Source: Camelus ferus (taxonomy: Eukaryota). From it: a DNA stretch of 64,000 bases. The stretch covers positions 17,484,001 through 17,548,000 of the forward strand of contig NC_045704.1 of NCBI RefSeq assembly GCF_009834535.1, written 5' to 3'. Of this stretch, positions 1 to 12,431 are shown in pieces. A model generated the notes under the pieces. It did no database searches and was not told the DNA's origin. It saw only the letters and a list, made by a program, of their open reading frames with translations. How positions within the stretch are numbered: the first letter of the stretch is position 1; the number at the start of each line of letters is the position of its first letter. The position numbers were made by a program, and so were the translations under genes.

Positions 1-750
1 GCGGGTCCTGAGGAGAATCTGCATCGTCTTGCAGGACGATGGCCCCCAGGGGGGCATTACCATTTCCTCAGGTGATGCAGGCTTCAGCCCCTCAGACTGG
101 GGTGTGGAGACCTGTTCCACTGGCAAAAGAGACTCATCAGAATTGAGGGGCTCAATGTCCCCAGCTTCACCAGGGTCTTCCTACACGTCTCCATCCAAAC
201 TTGTAGGATCTCGTTCTTTCCCAGTCGATGCCCTTCCTTTGACAGTAAACACCCCAAGAGGCTGATATTCACCCAGTCACAGGATAAGATCCTACATTTG
301 ATTTTCAACAACCTCAGCCCTGTGACTACAAGAGACAAGGGGCTCCTTCAGGGCACATGGAGAAGTTTCCAGGTTATTTCTGCACAGCTTGAGCTGGAAT
401 CTCACCCCTGAAATCATCCTTTTCTATCACAACGTTGTTCAGCAACATTAGGATCAGTCAGCGAACCTCACTATATTTGTTATTTCCCCAGAAATGTTGG
501 CAAGTTTCACATACACAGTCACCTAATTCCTTGTTTCGTATAAGTGGCTGAGTAGGAGTATCCAGTGGAGATAAGCTGTGTATCTCAGCTGCCAGCCCTG
601 GCCTGTCAGTGCTCTTACTACTAGCAATAGAGTCATTAATATCTTTAAGTTCAACCAGATTAGAGAACCAATTTTGAAATCCCAGAACCAATTCAGAAAA
701 TCATCTTTAACATTCTGTTCCTCTAGAACCACTTGCATCACCAAAATCCA
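1..750 (-). mobile_element. ERVL/MaLR internal region with decayed gag-like sequence
   Basis: The minus strand begins GATTTTGGT...GTGGTTCTAGAGGAACAGAAT, the ERVL/MaLR internal start. It encodes broken segments (GFQNWFSNLVELKDINDSI..., EDPGEAGDIEPLNSDES) resembling ERVL gag as recalled. Stops and frameshifts are present. Confidence 0.75.
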
Positions 751-1065
751 CATGAGCTTCGACTACCACAACAAAATACCATTGACTGAGTATTAAACAA
801 CAGAAATTTATTTTCCTACAGTTTGGACACTGGGAAGTCCAAGATCAAGGGTCTGGCCAGTTTGGTTCCTGGTGAGCACCCTCTTCCTGGCTCGTAGAAG
901 GCTGCCTTCTGACTATGTGTTCACATGGCCCATCCTCAGTGCATGCTGGGAGAAAGAAAGAAAAAGAGAGAAAGAGAAAGATCTTATAAGGACACAGATC
1001 CCATCATGAGAGCCTCCCCTCATGACCTCATGTAACTTTAATTACCTGCCAAAGGGCCCATCTCT
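751..1065 (-). mobile_element. MLT1-type MaLR LTR, probably the 5' LTR of the element at 1-750
   Basis: Contains the MLT1 hallmark AAACAACAGAAATTTATT...GGAAGTCCAAGATCAAGG...TTCCTGGTGAG. Its 3' end (GGTATTTTGTTG on minus) abuts the internal sequence. Confidence 0.7.
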
Positions 1066-1500
1066 AAATCAGCCACAAGTTTAGTGGCTTCAAACAACAC
1101 TCATTTATTCTGTTACAATTTTGGAAGTCAGAAGACTAAAATCAAGGTGTTGGCAGAGCTGCGTTCCTTCTGGAGGCTTCAGGAGAGAACATGTTACCTT
1201 ATTTTTTCCATCATCTCGAGGCCACTGCAATTCTTGGCTTGTGGCCTCTTCCTCACACAGCCTGTTGCTTCGGTCATCACATCATCTTCTCATGTCTGTG
1301 GTCACATAGCTCTCTGTCTCTTATAAGGACACTTGTGATTCCATTTAGGGCTCACCCAGACAATCCACCATAGTCGTCTCATCTCAGTATCTTTCATAGA
1401 ATCATAAATCTGCAAAGTCCCTTTTTTCATAAAAGGTAACATTCACAGGTTCCAGGGATTACAACACAGATATCTTTGGGGGTAATTATTCAGCCTACTG
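1066..1500 (-). mobile_element. Second MLT1 (MLT1C/D-like) LTR
   Basis: TTAGTGGCTTCAAACAACAC...AAAATCAAGGTGTTGGCAGAGCTGCGTTCCTTCTGGAGGC...TATTCAGCCTAC matches MLT1 consensus motifs. Confidence 0.7.
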
Positions 1501-1601
1501 TATTGCCTGTCTCCTACTCACCAGATCTTGAAGTTTCTCCGCTCGCACACCAGCGCTACCCGGTTTCTCCCATAGCTGGTGGGGCTGCAGAAGCCTGTGT
1601 T

Positions 1602-1617
1602 TGGCGCCATCTGGTGG
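1602..1617 (-). promoter_or_regulatory. Strong CTCF core motif
   Basis: The reverse complement CCACCAGATGGCGCCA matches the consensus CCASYAGRKGGCRS exactly. Confidence 0.6.
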
Positions 1618-1914
1618 AAGCAGTCCGCCACAGCAGGTGTGCGTTCAATAGAAACACAAGTCAGGCAAGTAATTTTTGATTTTCCTAATAGCCTCCCATG
1701 CACACAGTCAAGCTGCAAAAGAACCACACGTGATCCTCCCCCCAAACCACTCCTCCTCTGTGTCCCCGTCCCTCGGTCCTCAGGCTAATGCCCCTCCCCA
1801 TGCCCAGTCCTGCCCATCAGTCTCCTGAGCCTCCTCCCCACCGGCTTCCCCCTCCCCACAGCCCTGACCCGTCTGGCCCCTCCCGGCCCACCTGGGTCCT
1901 CTACTGACCAATAC

Positions 1915-4900
1915 TTCAATTTGGGGGGATATAAATTCATACATCATAAAAGTGACCCTTTTAAAGTGTACAATTCAGTGGCTTATATATAGTATATTCA
2001 TGCTGGATAACCATCCCCACTAGGTAACTCCAGAACATTTTCATCAGCTCAGAATAAAACCTCGCACCTGTTAAGCAATCATTCCCTGGTCTCCCCTTCC
2101 GTCACCGCCCCCCACCCCACCCCGGGCCACCACTAATCTACTTTCTCTGTGGATTTGCCTCTTCTGGACATTTCATACAAATGAAATCATGCCATATGTG
2201 GCCTTGTATTCAGCTTCTTTCAGAGCATAGTGTTTTCAAGGTTTATCCACAATGTAGTGTGTATCAGTCCTTCATTCCTTTCTACAGCTGAATAATGTAC
2301 AGTTGGTTACATGACATGTATATTCATCACATGTGGACATTTGGATTATTTCCATTATTTGGCNNNNNNNNNNNNNNNNNNNNNNNNNNNNNNNNNNNNN
2401 NNNNNNNNNNNNNNNNNNNNNNNNNNNNNNNNNNNNNNNNNNNNNNNNNNNNNNNNNNNNNNNNNNNNNNNNNNNNNNNNNNNNNNNNNNNNNNNNNNNN
2501 NNNNNNNNNNNNNNNNNNNNNNNNNNNNNNNNNNNNNNNNNNNNNNNNNNNNNNNNNNNNNNNNNNNNCCTTCACATCCTCATCCACACTTGCTATTTCC
2601 ATTTTTTGGGTTATAGTCATTCCTAGTGGGCGTGAAGTGGTGTCTCATTGTGTTTTTAATTTGCAAGTCCCTAATGACCAGTGATGTCGAACGATTTACA
2701 TGCGCTTATTGGCTATTTGTGTATCTTCTTTGGAGAAATTTCTTTCCAAGTCACTTGATTTTTTTTAAGATGTAGTTTCTTTATAATGCGATATTAGTTT
2801 CCAGTGTACAACATAGTGATTCAAAATTTTATAGATCACACTTATTTAAAGTTATTATAAAAAATTGCCTATATTCCCTGTGCTGTACAATATGTCCTTG
2901 TAGCTGATTTATTTTATACATAGTAGGTAGTACCTCTTAGTCCCCTACCCTTATCTTGCCACTTTCCCCTTCCCTCTCCCCACTGGTATAGTTGGTTCTC
3001 TATATCTGTGAGTCTTTTTCTCCTTTGTTATATTCATGTATTTGTTTAATTTTTAGATTCCATATATGAGTGATAACATACATTATTCTTCTTTCTCTGT
3101 CTGACTTATTTCACTAAGCATAATATACTCCAGGTCCATCCATACCANNNNNNNNNNNNNNNNNNNNNNNNNNNNNNNNNNNNNNNNNNNNNNNNNNNNN
3201 NNNNNNNNNNNNNNNNNNNNNNNNNNNNNNNNNNNNNNNNNNNNNNNNNNNNNNNNNNNNNNNNNNNNNNNNNNNNNNNNNNNNNNNNNNNNNNNNNNNN
3301 NNNNNNNNNNNTTAGTTATTGTAAATAATGCTGTTATGAACACTGAGGTTAATGTATCTTTTTGAATTAGTGTCTTCATTTTCCTTAGATATATAACTAG
3401 GGATGGAATTGTTGGGTCATGTGGTAGCTTTATTTTCAGTTTTTTGAGGAACCTTCATACTCTTCTCCACAGTGGCTGCATTAATTTACATTCCCTGCAG
3501 CAGTGTATAAGGGTTCCCTGTTCTCTACATCCTCACCAACGTTTGTTTTTTGTGCTCTTTTTGATGATGGCCATTCTGACAGTGTGAGGTGATACCTCAC
3601 TGTGGATTTGATTTGTGTTTCCCTGATGATTAGCAATGTTGAGCATCTTTTCATGTGCCTGTTGCCCATCTGCATTTCCTCTTTGGAAAAATATCTATTC
3701 AGCTCTTCTGCTCATTTTTTAATCGGATTGTTTGCTTTTTGTCGTTGAGTTGTATGAGCTGTTTATATATGTTGGATATTAACCCCTTATCAGTCATATC
3801 ATTTGCATGTATTTTCTCCCATTCAGTAGATTTTTGTTTGCTTTGTGGATGGTTTCCTTTGCTGTGCAAAAGCTTTTAAGTTTAATTAGGTCTCATTTAT
3901 TTATTTTTGCTTTTATTTCCTTTACATTAGGAGCTGGATGAAAAAAAATGCTGCAGTTTATGTCAAAGAGTGTTCTGCCTATGTTTTCCTCTAGGAGTTT
4001 TATAGTATCAGTCTTACATTTAAGTCTTTAATCCATTTGAGTTTACTTCTGTATGTGTGTTAGAGAATGTTCTAGTTTCATTCTTTTACAGGTAGCTGTC
4101 CAGTTTTCTCAGCACCACTTATTGAAGAGATTGTCTTTTCTCCATTGTATGTTCTTGCCTCCTTTGTCAGACATTAATTGATCATAAGTGCATGGGTTTA
4201 TTTCTGGACTTTCTATCTCATCCCATTGATCTATGTGTCTCTCTTTGTGCCAGTACCATACTGTTTTGATTACTGAACTTTGTAGTATAGTCTGAAGTCA
4301 GGGAGTGTGATTCTTCCAGCTCTGCTCTTTCTCAGGATTGTTTTGACTATTAGGGGTCTTTTGTGTTTCCATGCAAACGTTTAAATCATTTGTTCTAGTT
4401 CTGTGAAAAATGCCATTGATAACTTGATAGGGGTTGCANNNNNNNNNNNNNNNNNNNNNNNNNNNNNNNNNNNNNNNNNNNNNNNNNNNNNNNNNNNNNN
4501 NNNNNNNNNNNNNNNNNNNNNNNNNNNNNNNNNNNNNNNNNNNNNNNNNNNNNNNNNNNNNNNNNNNNNNNNATCTTTTGCCTCCTTAGGTAGGTTTATT
4601 TCTAGTTTTTTTATTTCTTTTGATGTGATGCTAAATGGGATTGTTTCTTTCATTTCTCTTCCTGATAGTTTGTTGTGAGTGTATAGAAACTGCAACAGGT
4701 TTCTGTATATTAATTTTTTATCATGCAGCTTTACCAAATTCATTGATGAGCTGTAGTCGTTTTCTAGGTGGTGTCTTTAGGATTTTCTATCTGTAGTATC
4801 ATGTCATCTGCAAACAGTGACAGTTTTAGCTCTTCCTTTCCAGTTTGGATTTATTTTTTTATTTTTTTATCTTCTCTGATTGCTGGGGNNNNNNNNNNNN

Positions 4901-6150
4901 NNNNNNNNNNNNNNNNNNNNNNNNNNNNNNNNNNNNNNNNNNNNNNNNNNNNNNNNNNNNNNNNNNNNNNNNNNNNNNNNNNNNNNNNNNNNNNNNNNNN
5001 NNNNNNNNNNNNNNNNNNNNNNNNNNNNNNNNNNNNNNNNNNNNNTATGCCTACTTTCTGGAGTTGTTTTTTTTTTTTATTATAATTGGATGTTGAATTT
5101 TATCAAAAGCTTTTTATGCATCTCTTGAAATGACCATTTAGTTTTTATTCTTAATTTTTTAATGTAATGTATTACACTGATTTGCAGATACTGAAAAATC
5201 CTTGCATCNNNNNNNNNNNNNNNNNNNNNNNNNNNNNNNNNNNNNNNNNNNNNNNNNNNNNNNNNNNNNNNNNNNNNNNNNNNNNNNNNNNNNNNNNNNN
5301 NNNNNNNNNNNNNNNNNNNNNNNNNNNNNNNNNNNNNNNNNNNNNNNNNNNNTTTTGGTACAGTGTGATGCTGGCCTCATAGAATGAGTTCAGAAGTGTT
5401 CCTTCCTCTGCAANNNNNNNNNNNNNNNNNNNNNNNNNNNNNNNNNNNNNNNNNNNNNNNNNNNNNNNNNNNNNNNNNNNNNNNNNNNNNNNNNNNNNNN
5501 NNNNNNNNNNNNNNNNNNNNNNNNNNNNNNNNNNNNNNNNNNNNNNNNNNNNNNNNNNNNNNNNNNNNNNNNNNNNNNNNNNNNNNNNNNNNNNNNNNNN
5601 NNNNNNNNNNNNNNNNNNNNNNNNNNNNNNNNNNNNNNNNNNNNNNNNNNNNNNNNNNNNNNNNNNNNNNNNNNNNNNNNNNNNNNNNNNNNNNNNNNNN
5701 NNNNNNNNNNNNNNNNNNNNNNNNNNTGTATTAGTTGCCTAGGGCTGCCGTAGTAAATTACCACAAACTGGGTGGTTTTGTTACCGAACCAGGTTGGCTT
5801 GCCCATTTGCAGCAAGCTGAAGCATCTAGATGAGATTCGCAGTGGCGAGGCTATTCGCAATGCAGCCAACCGAGGAGAAAACAAGTCTCTCGCCTTCTTC
5901 CCCAAAACCAAGGGGATTTATTGGAATAGTTTCTGAAGGATAGGTGTTAACTTCTCTGAACGTTTGGTAGAATTCACTGGTGAAGCCCTCTGGTCCTGGA
6001 CTTTTGTTTGTTGGGAGTTTTTGAATTACTGACTCAATTTCAATACTGGTAATTGGTCTTTTTGCTTTTGATCATATGTTTTGATATACAGTACTGTTTA
6101 GTTTTGGTGAATTCCAATTTATCTGTTTTTTTCTTTGGTTGCTTGTATCC
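1915..6150 (-). mobile_element. Cluster of L1 fragments (3' UTRs and ORF2 end), interrupted by N-gaps and a short MLT1/LTR piece at about 5727-5920
   Basis: Minus-strand ORF fragments TLIQKDT...[40 protein letters not shown] and WMDLEYIMLSEISQ are L1 ORF2 C-terminal motifs. Poly-T-led L1 3' ends are also present. Confidence 0.9.
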
Positions 6151-6261
6151 AGCCACCACTTGAGATCCCTCTAACCCAGCCCCACACAGCAGCTAGAGGG
6201 AGCTTTCAAAACTTATGTCCTCTCATGCTCAAAACAGTGCTGTTTGTGATTTAGAACAGTG

Positions 6262-7570
6262 CTTCTTGAATCAAATATGCAAAGGAAGCATCTGAAAAAT
6301 CTTGCAGAATATAGATTCTGATTCAGGAGGGGGATGAGACCTGAGAATCAACACATCTACCAAGCTTCCTGGTGATGTTGTGGCAGATTGTGTTTTCCAA
6401 AAATGACCACAGCAGTATGTCTTGTTGTTACTGAACTGAACTTGAGTCCGCTTGCTCGCTGCACAACAAAGCCAATCTACTGACACCAGGTTGTGGTGAA
6501 GGAAAGTACAGTATTTATTTGCAGGTGGCAAGCAAGGAGAATGGGCAGCTTGTGCTCAAAAGACCCAAACTCCCCAGTGGCTTTCAGGGAAGGGTTTTTA
6601 AAGGCAACATGTGGGGTTAGGGCTGCAGGGTATGTGACTTTCTTCTCATTGGTTGGTGGTGAGGTAACAGGGTGATGTTTTAGGAACCTAACCTGATTCC
6701 AACCAGTCTGGGGCCTACTAGCTTGTGGTCCATGTACTCACCATCCTCCACCTGGGTGGGGGTCTTAGTTTCTGTAGAACGACTCAAAGCTGTGCATCAA
6801 ATTATTATGTATATCCCCTGAGGAGGAACTAGCACTTTGTTTGATCACTGAACCCTTGTTTAAGCCATCATTACTTTTCTTGATTGACTGTTTTCCCTTT
6901 GTTTCTGCATTCCTTTCCTTCCCTAATTAGTAAACTATTTGAGTCTGCTCTTTGCAACTCAAGGAAGGTCTAGGAGACTAAAGCCTTTTTCTACAAACAA
7001 GAAATAAGGGACATGGAGGGGCTTTCATACCCAGGAGGGCCCCATAGCACCCTGCTCCATTTCACTGACCCACACGCTTCCAGAACCTTGTGTTCCCCCA
7101 TAAAAAGGTGGAAACCATTTCCCCATCCCCTGAGCCTTTGCAGTTGCCTCAACAAGTGGAATGTGGTGAGGGTCACTGCCTGGCATCTGAGGCTAGGTTT
7201 TATAAGGCAGTATGGCTTCTGCCTGGCTCTCTATTCTTTGTATTTGCCTTTGGAACCCACCCACCACACTGTGTGAAAGCCAGTCTCTCCCACGTAGAGA
7301 GATGCATACAGGAACTGAGGCCCCCGCCAATAGCCAGCATCAACTACCAGACATGTGAGTGGTGGTGCCTTCAGATGGTTCCAGCTGAAGCGCAACAGCT
7401 CATCTTTGAACTGAGAGGAGTTACCCTTGCAGACTGCAGATTCGTGAGCAAAATACATGTTGTCATTGCTTAAAACAGCTGAGTTGTGCAGTCATTTATT
7501 ATATAGCAGTAGATAGCCACAGCAATGCTGATCCTGCCGGTCCATGGACCACACTCTGAATAGCAAGGAG
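6262..7570. mobile_element. MER5A (hAT-Charlie) split by an MLT1G/H-like LTR (6379-7524), itself split by an ERV1-like LTR (6426-7064)
   Basis: MER5A motifs (GATTCTGATTCAG...AAGCTTCCTGGTGATG; GGTCCATGGACCACACTCTGAATAGC) flank an LTR starting TGTGGCAGATTGTGTTTTCCAAAAATG. That LTR is interrupted by a 639-bp element with TG...CA ends. Confidence 0.65.
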
Positions 7571-7904
7571 CCAGACCGCTAGATCATCCAGAACCTGTGT
7601 TTATGCAATTTTTCTACTTGTTATGCTCTTTCCACCCTCTTTCTCTTTCCCATTCTCTTTCATTCTCTGATAGCTCCCCAAAGAGCTCTCTCTCCTCAGG
7701 CTGGAGCCCTCCACCTGCTGGGCTGGGCAGCTTTTCTACAAATGTGGAACTGGGCAGGAGTTACATTTACAGCCCTGCTTCTCGGCTTCCATCCTCAGGT
7801 ATCTGCCTGTCTCCTGCAGGTGGAGCTGTGACGCCCTGCAGTGCATCTGGGAACATCGATGAAGCCTCACCGCGCATCTGCTCACACCCACATTCCATTT
7901 TCAA

Positions 7905-8990
7905 ACGTTTGAAATAGTGCCGCACAAGAGAAATACAACGGGAGCTACTTATGTAATTTTAAGTTTTCTAGCAGTCATATTTAAAAACATAAAAAGAAAT
8001 AGATGAACAAGCATAGGAAAAGATGTTCAACATCATTAATCATTAGGGAAATGCAAATCAAAACCACAGTAAGGTACCACCTCACATCCACTAGGATGAC
8101 TATCATGAAAAACAGAAAAAGAACAAGTGTTGGCAAGGAGGTGGCAAACCGGAACTCTCACGCACCGTTGGAGGGGAGTGGCAAATGGTACAGGCACTGC
8201 GGAAAACAGTATGGCACTTCCTCAGATAATTTGGTATAGAACGACTGTACGGCCCAGCGATTCCACATCTGGCTATATATACCCAACACAACTGAAAGCA
8301 GGGACTTGGATAGATATTTGTACCCGCTTGTTCATAGCAACGTTAGTCACAATAGTCCAAAGGTAGAAACAATCCAAGTGCCCATTGACAAACAAAACGT
8401 GACTGTACATACAATGGAATATTATTCAGCCTCAATAAGGAAGGAAATTCTCATACATGCTGCAACATGGATGAACCTTGAGGATATTATGCTAAGTGAA
8501 ATAAGCCAGTCCCCAAAACAGAAATACTGTGTGATCCCACTCACAGGAGGTCCCTGAGAGTAGTCAAATTCATAGACAGACAAAGTAGAAGGGTGTTTGC
8601 CAAGGGCTGTGGGAAGGGGGAATGAGGAGTTATTGTTTAATCAGTACGGTTTCAGTTTTGCAAGATGAAAACACATTCACACAATGTGAATGCATTTAAC
8701 TACTGAGTTGTACACTTAAAAATGGTTAAAATGGTAGCTTTTATGCAATGTTATTTTACCACAATAAAAAAGTTTAAAATAAACAGGTGAGGTTGATTCT
8801 AGTCATATTTTTATTTATCTCAACATACTCAAAATTGTCACTTCAATATGTAATTAATTTTTACAACTATCAGAATGCTGAATATTCTGTTTATCATACC
8901 AAGCTCTAAAATTCAGCATGTATGTTACACTTAGAGCGCACCTCTGCTAGGGCTGGCCACTTTTCAAGTGCTCAACAGCCATCTGCACAC
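7905..8990. mobile_element. MER33-like hAT element interrupted by an old L1 3' fragment (about 8000-8785, + strand)
   Basis: MER33 motifs occur on both sides (AAGTTTTCTAGCAGTCATATTTAAAAA; TTTCAAGTGCTCAACAGCCA). The insert encodes the L1 ORF2 end ([17 protein letters not shown]; WMNLEDIMLSEISQ). Confidence 0.7.
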
Positions 8991-9280
8991 ATCTCCATCA
9001 TATTTGGAAAGACCCTTGTCTCCCCTGCAGCACATCTGCAGGGCATCTGCAAATACACCTAGAGTTTCCCGGCAAACCTCCCACATCATCTGCAAACATA
9101 CCCCCCACAGCTCAACACCTCCATCTCATCTCAGACATCTTTAGGAAAGCTCTTGCTCAAGGAAGGCACGCTGATTCCAAATCGACATTGGCAGGTTAAT
9201 TTGACGTGCAAATCCCCCCACCTTCTTTGCATAAACTTGCATATCATTCATGTGTCCCTCGGAAGCACATTGGCTGGGCC

Positions 9281-10762
9281 TCAGATAGTCATCTCAAAGT
9301 CAGGGAGGCGGCGGCCTGGGGCAGGGCTGGAGGCCCCCTCCTGCTTCCCTTCCAGCTCTCTGTCCTCTTCCTCGATGCTCTCCTCCTCCTCCTCTTCCAG
9401 GAAGGTGACGAGTTCTTCCCGAAGCGCCCCCATCTCCAGCCCCAGGCTGCACAGCTGGCCCAGCAGCTGGACATCCACTCGGCGGAGGTTCCCCTGTGAG
9501 TGGGAAGGGGGAGTCATGGGCACCCCACCTCAGAGGGCGAGGGGTTAGTGTGCCCCCACCTCGAACCCTGGGTGGGAGTGGCTCCCAGCTCAAGCCCCGG
9601 CATAGATCTTTGCCTGACCAAATTTTAGTGAGGATCCTGAACATTTTCCTGGGCCCATCAGCACTTCCTTGTAAAATCCAGTTTTAGCAAGACTCCCCCT
9701 CCTCCATATCTCATCATTCTCTCAATATCTGATCAGGTTCCTTGCCCTCCCCCCTCCCCCAGGTGATGGCTGCTCACCCTGGCCTGCCTTCAGCAAGAAT
9801 CCTGCTAGGTTGGTTTAGCCAGAATCCCCCCTAACCCCAGATGTTTCCTCTTAGGAATTTTCTGTCCCCTGACCCCTCCCCTGCTCCTTGGCTGTAATTT
9901 TCCTCTTGCCTATGCTGTGTTCGGAGCTGAGCCCATTCTGTTTCCTTTACTGCAAAATCCCACCGCAGTGATCCCCATACTTAGGGCCTGGCCATCTTTC
10001 ACAGGTGTCATCAATTACTTTTTCTTTAAAGGTCCTGGCCCACAGCACATGGGTGGAGTCCTCACTGTGTCCCTGGACTTTAACTGCCATCCTCTTCTGT
10101 CTCTGATCTCTGCCTCTGTCTCCCTCTGCCTTGGCCTCTCCATTCCATTGGCCCTCACTGTCCCCATCTCTCTTTCTCTCTGTGTGTCTTTGAGTCTGTC
10201 TCTTTGTCTCTCTTATTCTGTCTCCCTCTCTTGTTATCCCTCTCTGTCTCTCTGTCTCTGCTTGACTGTCTCTGTCCCTGTCTTTCCAAATCCCTGTCTT
10301 TCTGTCTGTCTCTGTTTCTCTACCTCTCTGTCTCTCAGATTTAATCTGAGTCTGTTGTGGTTCTCAGTCTCTGCTCTCCATATCTTGTCTCTGTCTCGCT
10401 GGGTCTGTCTCCATGTCTTTTTTTTTTTTTCTCTCTCTCTCTCTCTGTGTCTGTCTCTGCCCCTACTTCTCTAGTCCTGTCTCTCACTTTCTGTCTTTCA
10501 ATCTGCGGCCTTTTTATTTCCATACATTCCCCATCATTCATCCATTCTCTCCACCTCCATCTCTTGCCCCTCCAAACCCCTCACTCACCAGCTCCTCCCA
10601 GATCCACAGCAGACTCTCCCTGGCACTTCCAGTGTCAGCCCCTGGGAACATGAGGGTCTGACCCACCTTCTCCACTGGGGGGAACCCGTTCAGGGCCCGG
10701 GGAGGTGGGCCCAGCCCCGGAGGCACCAGTCCAGCCTGCCTCAGCTGCTTCCACAGCTCCAT
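9281..10762 (-). CDS. ERICH4: Glutamate-rich protein 4; complement(join(9281..9493,10589..10762)), 128 aa
   Basis: Exon 1 reads MELWKQLRQAGLVPPGLGPPP...WIWEEL|GTGAGT. Exon 2 reads CAG|GNLRRVDVQLLGQLCSLGLEMGALREEL...EEEEEE...stop. The junction is phase 0, and the gene is in the syntenic position next to DMAC2. Confidence 0.9.
10090..10500. repeat. (TC/TG)-rich low-complexity tract in the ERICH4 intron
   Basis: Long degenerate TCTCTG/CTCT runs are visible directly. Confidence 0.85.
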
Positions 10763-12431
10763 AGTCTTTGGGTAGTGACAGCCAGGAGCAGGAAGTAGCA
10801 AGGTCCAGAGTGACCCAGTCCCCCAGGGAGCTGGGGGGAGGGGAGTAAAGGGCAGTAGGGGTGGGGGAGGGGGACTGGGCATCCCAAAGTCCATTTTCCC
10901 CTGAGAATCAGCAGCCTCGTGTGGGTTTTGGTTTTTTTGTTTGTTTTTCATACTGAAGTTTAACTTCAACTCTGTTCTTAAGAATCCAACCACAGCCCCT
11001 TTGGCGGAGGTCAGACACCACTGTCCCTGACTCTTCTCAGGCAGGACCCCTCACCGGGTGTGTGGATGCGCTGCCTCATCCTTCCTGCCCCCTCCTGGGT
11101 CCTTCCAACTGCTCCTCCCCAGCCTCCCCTGCAGCCTTCTCCACTTGACCTCTGGCTTCCTCCTGCTGGGTCTTTGCCTGTATTCTCCACTCCAGCCCTC
11201 CCACAGCTCCCTGATCCATGTGCCTGAGGAGCCAGAAGTGGCTTCCAAGAGAACGATTCCTTGGCTGCAGTGCCTCGGTGTCCAGGCTGCTGGCCCACAG
11301 CTGAGCAGCCAGTTCTGCCCACCCTAGACTTGCCTGCAGTCATTATCACTAGCATCTTGGGCCCTGCCACGGAGAAGGTCAGGATGCACTGTGGGCCACC
11401 CTCAGCTAGAACCCCTCTTTCAGGGGTGTGAAAATTCCACCTATATGTCAATGGCTCCCCCGTCTCTGACTCTAGTCCTGACCCCCAGACCTTTACTCAG
11501 CATCTCCACCTGGACGTCTCAGCCATCTCATGACCATGAATATGGTCAAAACAGATCTCTCAGCTNNNNNNNNNNNNNNNNNNNNNNNNNNNNNNNNNNN
11601 NNNNNNNNNNNNNNNNNNNNNNNNNNNNNNNNNNNNNNNNNNNNNNNNNNNNNNNNNNNNNNNNNNNNNNNNNNNNNNNNNNNNNNNNNNNNNCCGGGAG
11701 GCTCCAGGGAAGAATCCATTTCCTAGCCTTTCTTAGCTTCTAGAAGCCACCTGCATTCCTTGGCTCATAAGCCCTTCCCTGCATCCTTCCAACCTCTTGC
11801 ACCTGTCATCACATCTCCTACTTCTTGACTCTTCTGCCTCCATCCAAATAGGACTTTCGTGATTACACTGGGCCCATCGAGATCATCCAGGATAACCTCC
11901 CCATCTCAAGATACTTAATCACATCTTCCCTTTACCATATAAAGTAACATATTCACAAGCTCCGGGAATCAAGATGTAGATATGGGGGGGGCGCTATTCA
12001 GCCTACCACACCTACCTTTCTGTACCTGCTGCTTTCCCAGTTTCCCCATCTCCATAAATGGCATCACTATTCTTTTAGTTTCTCAAGCTATTGGCTTTGT
12101 CCTCAAAACACTCATAACCTGGGCACTTCTCACCATTTCCATTGCCCCGTTCCTGCTACTGCCCACAGGACTCATCTCCTGCCTGGACTATTGCAGTAGC
12201 CTCTTCCCTGAACCCTGCTTTCCCCCCTTGCCCTCTAAGGTCTGTTTTCCACTGGGCAGAAATGATCCTTAGAAAATGTAAATCAGATCATGCCCCTGCA
12301 AATGGAATAAATTAGTCAGCTTCTTGCTCACCTCTCTGACCCAGTCTCCCACCTCTCTCTGCAAGCTGGTCCCACCTCTGAGCCTTTGCACTAGCTGTTA
12401 CCTCTGCCTGAAACACATTTCCCCCAGATCT

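Noticed and set aside
2295-5911. ORFs containing long X runs
   Set aside because: Artefacts of N-gaps inside L1 fragments.
5727-5920. MLT1 end plus an LTR-like fragment apparently inside an L1
   Set aside because: It begins right at a 313-nt N-gap, so insertion order and assembly correctness cannot be judged.
9917-10661. Hydrophobic-looking ORFs (185 aa and others) in the ERICH4 intron
   Set aside because: Translation of (TC)n low-complexity sequence.
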